A program made the position numbers and the translations under genes. A DNA stretch of 64,000 nt, taken from positions 46,688,001 through 46,752,000 of the forward strand of contig OZ076413.1 in NCBI GenBank assembly GCA_964187785.1. The letters are read 5' to 3'. This DNA comes from Amphiscolops sp. MND2022 (lineage: Eukaryota). The notes beneath the pieces were generated by a model. That model was not told where the DNA came from and made no database searches. It saw only the letters and a list, made by a program, of their open reading frames with translations. This document shows positions 34,038 to 44,595 of this stretch, piece by piece (the stretch's first letter is position 1; every line of letters starts with the position of its first letter).

Positions 34038-36830
34038 ATGAATAACAATGAGAATCAATTACGAGGCCAAACACCGTCTTTTTTAAGGAGCATACTCGGA
34101 ATGAACATAAGATCTTTGGGACTACATCTAAACGAATTGAAAGTAAGTTTAGTAAGCTTCGCGAATATACCGGACATAAAAGCTATCACCGAATCTTGGA
34201 TGACAGAAAACGACGATCCTGAAAATAATAATTTAGAAGGATATCAGCCAATAGAGTCATTTCCCAGGAAAGACGCGAAACGCCGCTCGGGGGGGGTAGC
34301 GTTATATGTTAAAACAGGAATACGTTACAAAAACATTTCAATTGCAACTGCAATTGAATGTTGTGTTTTTGAAGTTGAATTTTCTGTCAAAACGATTGTT
34401 ATCTGCATCGTGTACAGCAATGAAAAATTTCGTCTGCTGCAATTTTTCCCTGAATTGAGGAATTGCTTCACAACCTGAAGGCATTCAAAAAGGAGACTAT
34501 TTTATTCGGCGACTTCAATATAGATACTTCAAAAGATAGTACAGATAAAAAGAAATATGAGTTAATGCTTCTTGCATATAATTTCCAGATTCGTAATTTT
34601 GAGCCCACACGAGTAACTCCCAAAACAAAAACATGCCTAGACCATTTCATATCTAGGAATTACTTTTCAACTAAAACATTAAAAACAACGATCAGCGACC
34701 ATTATTATGTTTTATTAGAAATTCCAGATGCAAAAAAAAGAAATGCATGATGATACATTTAGGAGTCGGAATTTGAAGAAACTGAAATATGAAAGCAGAT
34801 TAAGATTTCTGTTCCTGCTAGATCAAAATTTGAAAAAAAATTCTGTAGAATTTGGATATTGAAGACCTGAGCACTTCTATTGCTGATAGTATTATCGAAA
34901 GCGTGAACAAACCCCCGAGCAATGTCATCATCCAATCAAGAATTCAGATAGTTGGATTACAAATAGCGTTGAAAATGCAATCAATAAGCGAGACAAATTG
35001 TTTTAAAAATGGGTGTCCAATCCAACCGATGAAAATCATCGTTTATACAAAAAGCAACGCAATTATGTTACAGCGATTATCCGAAAGGCAAAAATAGATG
35101 ACAATTTTAAAAAACTTGGCAGCAATCCAACTGCTAAAACAATATACAGAACATTGAAAACGCATAAAAATGAAGTCGTCGGGTTCCAGGATTACCCAGA
35201 ACTAAATAGCTTGAATAAACATTTCGCTACTATAGGATCGCGTCTGTCATCCAAGTTACCCATGAAAAACTTGACATTGAACATGCCAGCTAACGAAACC
35301 TCTATGGTCATTTTCCCAACGGACGAACTAGAAATCGGAAAAATTATCTCAAATTTAAAAAAAAAAACAAGAAAATTCACGGACATGACGGTATTAATTA
35401 TGAAATCCTAAAAAGCTGTTCACCAATAGTTGAACCATATTTAGCGGTTGCTTTCAACGGGGCCATAGAGGAATCTAAATTTCCAAGTGCGTTTAAGATT
35501 GCAAAAATTATTCCGCTATTCAAAAAAGGTGATAGAGCCAACTTGGAAAATTACCGCCCAATTAGTTAATAAGTTCCTTAGCAAAGTTTTCGAAAAACTT
35601 TTGTATCAACGAATGATTAGTTTCTGCGAAAGAAATCAATTGTTTACATCTGCACAGTTTGGTTTTCGATCAACAAAATCATGTGCTGACGCAATAATGT
35701 TAGTCACCGAGTACATGAGGGATGAGATTGATAAAAAATCTAGCGGACAGGCTTGTTTTATAGATCTACAAAAAGCCTTTGATACACTTGATCAAGATAT
35801 CTTACTGACGAAATTGTACGAATATGGTTTTAGAGGTGAAGTCAATATCCTTTTGAGAAGCTATTTAAGTGACCGGGTTCAATACATTAGTATATCAGGT
35901 GAAACTACCAGCTGTCAAAAAACTGAAACCTCAAGGGTCTATTCTAGGGCCATTATTGTTTCTACTTTATATCAACGATATAACGAAATGCGATATCAAC
36001 TGCAAGATAGCACTTTTTGCAGACGACACCAGGATTTTGAAAACAAATCGGAAAAACGATACGGATATTCAACAAGATGTAAACGAGTTAATCAATTGGT
36101 ACACTGCGAATAAGCTCTCTGTCAATCTAGATAAATGTGAAATCTTGCCTTTCGGTTCAGGACAACTATTGGAGATGATGAATAATACCATACCGTACAA
36201 AAAGTCGTGCAAATATTTAGGCATTCATTTAGATAGTTGGTTAAGATTTAATCATCATATTGATTATGTAGTGAAGAAGTTAAACAAATTTTGTGGTCTG
36301 ATTTACAGAATTCGACATCTTTACGTCATAAAATGCATTTTAATGTTCTACAACTCGTTTGCAAAAACTGTTATTTGTTATGGTCTTTTGATTTACGGCA
36401 CAGCTGCTAAAAGCAACTTGAGAAAAATAGAAATGGCTCAGCGACGTATACTTAGAGCTATTTTTTTCAAACGAAAGTACGATTCTTTGGTGAATGTTCT
36501 GCAGCAAAACAAAAATCTTTCTGTATTTAACTCTATCTAGTTGAACTAATCAACGAATTGTTAAGACAAAAATCCCCAACAAATATTCTGCCCAACAACT
36601 TGAAACTAATGGCAGTAGAAGCATAACCACAAGGTATCAGAGGAATCATTCCTTAAAACTGGCTAAAGGACGTACGTTAATTAAAAGAAAATGCCTGCAA
36701 AATGCACTTTGCAAAAGTTACAATTGGTTAAGTCAATTCAATCTTTTACCATGTGACATGCATTTGATGACGAAATCACAAACACATACGTATATAAAAA
36801 AACTAGAAAGACTCTACATCGTTGACAATT
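34038..36830 (+). pseudogene. LINE ORF2 (AP endonuclease plus reverse transcriptase), many frameshifts
   Basis: APE: MNIRSL, ITESW, GGVALYV, GDFNID, PTRVT, LDHF, SDHY. RT: QFGFR, FIDLQKAFDT, PQGSILGPLLFLLYIND, FADDT, KYLGIHLD. Confidence 0.95.
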
Positions 36831-38327
36831 AGCAACTTTTAAAACTTTTTTCTAAGTATCTCCGCGTTCCACGCATCAATGTCTGGTAAAAGTATGCCTT
36901 TTAGTTGATTCTCCGGGGTGAGAACTCGAAGAGCTACTAAGCTCATTTCTCATCCTATTGGATATTATTTTAAAACTTATTATATTAAATCCTATTGGAT
37001 ATATATTAAACTTTCAACTTTCAACTATCTATAAACCGAAAGTATTTCAATAAATAATATCTGAATTGCCAATTTTAAAACTAAATTTTGAAATGAATAT
37101 TTTTAACAAAGAGCTAAGTTCAAGAATTTGTAAATGCGCCAAAATCTTGGATTAGAATATAACTTTCCATAATTTTCTCGTATTTCGGGGTCTTAGTGAA
37201 ACTGAGGATAGAGATCTTCGGCAAGTTTCTAGCCTTTCGAAAAAGTTTTTCTTGAAAATGTTTTTGAGCCTTGCCCGTAGTAAAGTGAGAAGGCTGTTGA
37301 TTGAAACCTCCATAAACATTGTATTTCGAAAGATTCTTGGTGGTAATTTCAAAATGTTATTTTATCTCAATCAAGTTTGAAAACATTAGAAAATAATTTC
37401 GTATATAAGAATTTTGAGTTTTTAGACGAAGACTTTTCAGAGAAATTGGCTATAAAAAGGTTATTAATATGATGACACATTGTGCTGAAATCGAACATTG
37501 AGACAAATAGTTTTGATAAATGGGGTCAAAAATGATCCAATTTGACCCTCCCTGTTGGAGACTGAATTCTATTTAAAGGCGGAGGCACGGAAATGCTTAG
37601 TCCCAAGAAGTTGTAAACACTGAAACAAATGGGATAAACAACGGACAGAAACAAATGGAATTGCAGGCACCCTAATTAGTTTCGAATGAATTGCTGGATT
37701 TAATTTTCCATTAAAATGTGATTTATCCACACGCTGACTGATTCTTGAGCTGCAACTTAAAATAAATTTCATTGCAAGTTTCAGTGAAATTGAGTTGAAG
37801 TCTATAGAGAGCAACTCTTACTGAAGAACTTGTTTGATTACTGAAAAACTTGTTTGAGATCCAAATTGGTCTAGGTTGAAAAGTGTAAACGCAATGTGGA
37901 CCGTTGAAGTCTGTGCTTTTTCGCAACTTGAGTTTTGTTTATCATGAATTGATAAAAGAGCGTTGTTGGTAAATGTTTATGTCGAATTTCCATTAAAGTA
38001 TACAGAACCCAAACTTAGTCGAAGCTTCAAACACTTTCTTAAACATTCTTGCATGATTCCGAAGACTCAGACAAAACATTCCATTATCTATCGAAAAAAT
38101 TTCAATTTTGCAAAAAGGTCCTTTTGGTTTCATTTATATTTTAGATAGAAAAAAGCCTCCCTTTGGGTTTTTACCGTACTGCGCGAATTCTTTGGGAATT
38201 TTCGCAAAGATTTTCATCCTGATTTTTTGATGTTTCAAGAGGGAAAGAAGCAAAATTACAGCAGAAAAAAACAAACAGCTAAAAATTTTGAACACTTCAT
38301 CTTGCACTGAGAAATTTTGCAATCTAT

Positions 38328-38949
38328 AACAAGCCGAGAACGGCCAAAGTCGGCGCTATATCTAAGGCTCAAAATTGTAAAAGGGGGGACTCTTTGGGTT
38401 TTGTGAAACTCCAGCTGGTGGCAAAATATGAAAAAAATTGAAGGGGGACTCTTTAAGGACTTAAAAAAATTGCCCAAAAAAAATTTTAAAATGTGATTTT
38501 TGAACAGTGTCACAGTGCCGAAAAATGTAAAAGGGGGGACCCTTTGGAATTTTCTGACATCCATTGTGTTTTAAAATATCGAAACAAATAAAGGGGGGAC
38601 CCTTTGGTGCAATCCAAAAAGTTTCAAAAAAAGTCGCATAGTGCAAAAAAAGTCGCAAAAAAAAGTGAGGGGGGGGGAAGGCTTAGGGGAGATCCTTAGT
38701 GTGTTGTCGAGGTTCTGTTTGTTTTGTTTTATTTTTCGTTTTGGACGCGCTTCTTAAGTTCGCCAAGTTGTTGAAGAAATGAACTGAACAAAAAGAAAAG
38801 AAACAGAAAGAAAAGTGGAACTTTCGTGTCTAAAAAAAACTACCCACTGTAAGAGTCGGGCACATTTTCTACTAAAATGCGCCGACTAAAAAAAAACTAC
38901 CCACTGTAAGAGTCGGGCACATTTTCTACTAAAATGCGCCGACTAAAAA
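38328..38949 (-). mobile_element. HINE/DINE-1-like non-autonomous Helentron-type element
   Basis: Minus strand: TTTTT-AGTCGGCGC subterminal IR with an adjacent partial IR (GCCCGACT). The other end has GCGCCGACT, a GCCG-TTCT-CGGC hairpin and TTGTT. No TSD. The 57-bp terminus is tandemly duplicated. Confidence 0.7.
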
Positions 38950-39017
38950 TATAGAAAAAGTTTGAACAAAGTTGACTGAAAAAACTATCTCAAGACCCCG
39001 AAATATTACCTTAAGAC

Positions 39018-39872
39018 TAGGGGTGTGCCGGATATTATGTCCGGCAAGATATTCCGACCGGTTTACCAAAGATATCCGGTTCCGGTTCCGACCGGAACTT
39101 TGAAAACTATACCAGACATTCCGGCGCGTTCAAACAAATAAAACTGAAGATCCTTCAAAAACATATAGCGAAACTTCAATTCACACACATTTTTTCAAAT
39201 TATGATGTGAAAACAAAAGTTTTTGGCTGTTTTTTGGCAACAGGCGACTTCTTGTTTCTTCATATCATAAATGTTTCCATATTCGGAAAATAGTCTTTCC
39301 GAGTAGACGGACGAATGTGGGCCGGAAAAAACATCTTGAACAACATTTTGAGGTTTGGAAAACTGCTGCTATTTTTGCACCGCGGGTATGGGTTGCACTT
39401 TTCATTTGCACATCATTCAGCAAGAAATCGATTTAATTCCCCAGCTCTAACGAATCTTGATTTTGGCTATAAGAAACTCGGTTTACCACTTTTATACTAT
39501 TCTGCATGCGGTTTTCGGCGTGTTTGTGCAACTGCGTGGTGGAATATTCGCGGGGTTTATTCGGAGGTCCCCTGGAAATGACCTTTTTGCACAAACTGCA
39601 GACTGTGAGATGTTCATTTTTGACATTTTTTTTCAAATTATCTGAAAGAAATAAACTCGTAATAATGTCATTAGTTTTTCTGAGCAACGCATAACTTGAG
39701 TACAGGTTGGAATTATTTTGATATTTGTGTCAGAAATGTTGTCTCTATATGTGCTTTATCAGAAAACAAAAGAAAGTAAAATTCCGGCAATTAACCGGCC
39801 GGAACAAAACTTTTTATCCGGTCCGGTTCCGTTTCCGGCCGGAACGAAAATTTGCGATCCGGCACACCCCTA
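39018..39872 (-). mobile_element. hAT-superfamily deletion derivative (855 bp)
   Basis: TIR TAGGGGTGTGCCGGAT and perfect 8-bp TSD CTTAAGAC. Remnant BED finger (CSLCKKVISRG..STTQLHKH) and hAT dimerisation motif (SSVYSERLFSEYG..RSRLLP..LLF.HHNL). Confidence 0.92.
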
Positions 39873-40017
39873 CTTAAGACTATAGAACCTCAAATGTACC
39901 CTACTTCAATATCTTCGCTTTTCTTTATAAGAAGTGACGCTTTTTTTCTAGTACGGATCTGCCAATTACAATTTGCCTAATTTTCACCATGGTTCCTTAT
40001 TTTTTATATACATTATT

Positions 40018-40190
40018 TGCGAGGCGGAATCGCGAGGGTTCCAATGCTCAACTCGCCATGCTTTGAACTTTGTTGCCTTGTTGGCGCAGATGGTAAACCA
40101 CACCCACTTCCAGGCACAAAGTCATGGCTTCCAATCTTGCCCTTACCATCTTGGTTGCTATTTGGGAGCCTTAGTAGCGCAAATAGCTAA
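40018..40190 (+). repeat. Degenerate tRNA-derived tandem repeat remnant
   Basis: A-box-like GCCTTGTTGGCGCAGATGG and GCCTTAGTAGCGCAAATAG lie about 92 bp apart. B-box-like GGGTTCCAATG and GGCTTCCAATC have similar spacing. Confidence 0.35.
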
Positions 40191-43100
40191 TTATATTATA
40201 CTTATAACACACAATAATAATACTTATGATACAATTATAATACTATATGTACCACTTTCAGGGCTGGAAATTCTAACTCTGTACTCTGCGTATTTTTTGT
40301 TTTCCTAAATGCTTCCGTACAACCGTACTAAACTAGAGAATTAAGCGCGATTTTTGTCAATCGATTTTTCAGCAGTGAGAGACGGTTTTCAAACTTTTTC
40401 CAACAAGCGTCGGAGTGTCTGCTCTTTGTATAGATTGATACATTTGAAGCCCAAAATGTTCGTCCTTTGAAGCTTTTTGGCGCTGTGAGATTTTTTGGAA
40501 TCGTGGTGATAAGATCCCGGTTACAAGCGGAATCTTGTTAGATATCAAAATTATGAACAGAAACTCCTGTACGTTAAAATCAGCAAATTCTGAAGGATAA
40601 AAAGTCTGTGTAAAAGATTTAGCGAATTATGTAATTTCGAATGAAAGTAAATTTTTTAAAAAATATCGCGTGTTTTGGGTATAAAAAAATATATTGAACA
40701 GACCAGTAAAATATTCAAAATCTGCTGCAACTATCTGCCAAATTGACCTCAACGCATGCTTACTGAGTTTGAATTCTCAGATTTCGTTAGGTATAATTGG
40801 AATGCTTTAGTTTTTCTATTTGAATATGTTTTCTACATACTATAACATTTGAATACTATAAATACTATATGACAATGAATTACAGAGACGCCACATGTTT
40901 TCCAAAGTTGTGAATAAACCAACACTTGCCGCTGTTTAGTACTCCTTAAACACTCTTTTTCTCATTGACGCAGTTGTCACTAAAAAGTCTTTTTCTGCTT
41001 TTGATCTACGAGTATCATTGACACGGATTAAAAGTGATAATGTACATCGAAAACTGTACAGCCAAAGATAGCGAGACACGTAGACACGTGTCTTGGCATT
41101 TTGCATTTTTAGCGAAATGTCTGTTGGTGGCATTTTTGGAAATCAAAACATTTTTAGAGAAAAATTCTAAAGATCTTTGCATTGTGAAATTTTCAATGTT
41201 TAATTCATCTCCCTGAAAAGTAAACTTATATTTTGACTTAGTAACTTCAAGAATATATGTTTTAAAACAAATAATTTTGTATAAAAACTTTCCATCAAAT
41301 AAGTAAATGTACTTTTATGTAATACAGAGAATACGTATTGCAGTAATTCTTTGCAATTAGAAATTGGAAACTTTATGAAAGAAACATGATCGAGAAAAAG
41401 TTCCAAAATCCAATTTCGCAAGCAAAATAAAACGAAACAAACGAAAAAATGTTTGGAAATTTTTTTGTTCACTGAAGAAGATGATGAAAGATGGAGACAA
41501 TAATGTTATGAACTAATTATAAGAACCTTATATTTCTCAGCACTCCTTGCTCTTAAAGCAGTTCATTATTGCCTTCAATCGAAGTGCCGTTACCTTGAGG
41601 AATCGAGATCTCGAAACAATATTGCATATATAGCCCCAAGGATATTGTTCTGCACGAAAAGCGACGTTATTCCCATGAGGCTAACACAAATGAGAAACTT
41701 CTGAGAGAAGTTTTATGAAGAAAAATACATGGATTGTGGGGGCGGGTGTAATTTAGGAACGGCAGGTCTCTTGAGTGGTTTTTTGTTAGTCTTTAAATAG
41801 ACAAGACATAGATAGGCATGAATCGACACTTTTTCAAACGCCGATTTTCAAATAAAGCCTTCAAGAATACAGGAACAGCCCCTCTTGTTTGCCTCTTGTT
41901 CGCATTGATCTAAAGGCTGAAAACCTGAGACTCATTTTCTAAATTAGGTATTGGAAGGTTCCGCAGGGTTTTTCAGTATCCGCTAAGAGGAAGCCTAGAG
42001 CCAAAATGGACTTTTTACAGATTTCATTGAAATTTATCGCCTTTGGGATTTTACTACTTTATAAAGGCCAAAAAATCTGTTCTTTTTCATCTTTTAGTAA
42101 ACTAAAATTTAGTCGGAATTATTACCGCATCAATTCACTACCCACTACTGAAAATGTTGGAAAGAATGTTTTTGGAAGTCATGTGTTCTGGACAATCTAT
42201 ACCTAAATAAAGTCTTATCAGTGATCGATAAACAATTTTTTGACGTTTGTCAACCAAATTAGGAGGTTCAGAAATAATAATTTGCTTTCATGTGAGCCTA
42301 GGGAGAAAAATATCATTTCATGAATAAGACAAAAAGGTTTGACGAGAAATGAAAAACAAAAAACAATCATGAAAGAATTGAATTTGACCAGCTACAGCGC
42401 CAAGATGACCGGGAAAAGTATCAAGATGAAAAATGGAATCTTCGCGCTTACACTTAAGAGAATTGAGAAAATATTATCCCGTTATTCCTTAGTGACCTTT
42501 TGGAGATTTTTATTGCAATGAATAAACTCTACTGACATTTTTCCCTTGCGTGTTAAGCATTCAGAATGTCTACATCTGATTTAAACAGCCATCTCTGAGG
42601 CTCGACAAAAATTTGGAGATTTCCGAACTGTTTTTTGTGTCTATTTATTTGTTTTAATTCAATTGCTTTTTTCCATAAATTTTTTGACGGTATAGAGTAA
42701 GTTTTAAGATGACGAGAAAGAAAGTGTTTGAACAAGTTTTCGAAGTGTTTCTGGAGGTTTATGATCGAAGCTCTTGTTTTCTTGCTTCCTTATTTTTTAA
42801 ATAGAATCTCTGTAAACTGCTTGGACGTTTTTTCATAGAGCATAGATATGCTTTGAGCTTTTTATTGACTGCTTGGAAGTTTTCTAAGATTGTTTATTCT
42901 TTTTACGAAAGATTATTTGTCCATTGGTCATGTTTTCTAGATTTAACTGGTGAAGCGACAACTCGGACCAAAGACAGATTCGGACCAAAAGACAATTTCG
43001 GACCAAAGGCAGATTCGGACCAAATTATTGTTTATTTTATAATTAGCATAGCTTAATTAAAGACGTTATTTAGCTTCCGCCTTGAAACTATCAAGTCGTC

Positions 43101-43207
43101 TTTTTCGCACCACTTGAAGAAGCCTTGAAGAAGAATTGATTAATTTACGAAATAACGCCGAGAAAGTGAAATTCTTAGGAACGTATTGAAATTATCACGT
43201 TTTGAAA

Positions 43208-44460
43208 ATGACTTTCACCATCCTTACAACTGAACGAAACGCTCCAAAACTTGAGGCCGAGAATTACACATATACGATAAAACGCAAAAACGAAAAAACA
43301 CAAATTACAACATGGTGATGCACAGATCGAAATTGTAAAGGATCTGGAAAAACAATAGATAATAATGAATTTTTAATAACCAACCCCCATTATACCGAAG
43401 CAAATCCGTCGAAAAAGAAATGATTGAGATCGAAAAAGATTCGGAAAATAGGGCAACCCAGAGTTTAGAACCTCCTCGAGTACTTATTCAAAGGGCGACG
43501 AGCAAATCATCAGAAGAAGCGATTGCGCAGCTCCCCTGTCACTGCACTTTACTACGACGAAAACAGAGAGCACGTGTGGTGACCCCCATTGCCAACCCAA
43601 AACACAATCTCGTGTCTGGAAATTCCTGAAGTATTGAAAACAACGCATAGAGGGGAGTTGTTTTACGCCTATGACAGCGGGAAAGAAGATCCAGACCGAT
43701 TTATCATCTTTACCACAACACAAAATCTTGATCAACTGGAATACTACGAAACTTGGGCAATCGACGGAACTTTATAGCATTCACCGCATAGTGAAAGACA
43801 CATCAGTGCCCCAAGTATATTGCCTCATGAAAAACAAAAGCCGAGAAAAATACGAGGAGATCTTTTCTGCATCAAAAAATTTGAACGCCATTTTGGATCC
43901 TCATGAAATAATAATCGAGTTTGCGATTGCAGCAATAGAAGCCCCGAAATTAAATTTTCAGAATGCGAACATTAAAGGATGTTTCTTTCGTTTCGCGCAA
44001 GCAAACTGGAGAAAAATTCAATCTGTTGGTTTGGCAGTAGAGTATCAAGAAAACGCAGAAGTTCGGAACCTTCTAAAATGCTTCGCTTCGCTCGCCCTGA
44101 TACCCGAAAGTAATATTCCATTGGGGTTCGAAAAATTGAAACGGAAAGCTGTCAATATGAAAATGGAAAAGTTGGACAAGTTTGTAGATTATTTTAAATG
44201 CACATGGCTGGGCCGAAAAAGTTTGAGAGGGCGACGCACTGGGGCATCTTTCCTACCAAAAGTTTGGTGTCCGTATGCAAATGCAAAAGAAATGCGTCAA
44301 AAAAAAAAAACTTATCGCGCTGCAAGCAGGAAACGATTTTCCGAAGAGTGCCCAGTATCAGAAAAACGCGCAAAGGTATCAGAATATTCTCCAACAAAAT
44401 CAAAATAACAGAATTGAATTGATTCTCACTGGCCTCGCCCAAAACTGTGATTTCGTATAA
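43208..44460 (+). pseudogene. MULE transposase (FLYWCH-like N-terminus plus DDE domain), disrupted
   Basis: YTYTIKR..W*CTDRNCKG; FIIFTT..WAIDGTL; LYSIH..PQVYCLMKNKS..Y; KGCFFRFAQANWRKIQ..GL; FVDYFKCTWL. Confidence 0.88.
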
Positions 44461-44595
44461 ACAGAATAAAGTTGTCTGATATCTATATATGTTGTTTGTT
44501 TATACGCGGATTAATTTCAATGTTCTCACCATTCATTGCGTCTAGGTGAGTAGTTTGTTGATTTCTTTTATTTGCTTTGTAATTAAGTAATTAGG

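Larger units (their letters stand above)
33109..37027 (+). mobile_element. Full-length decayed non-LTR retrotransposon (CR1/L2 group)
   Basis: ORF1 plus APE-RT ORF2, a 3' tail of (CTTTCAA)n, and AACTATCTAT on both sides (33099-33108 and 37023-37032) as a probable TSD. Confidence 0.9.
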
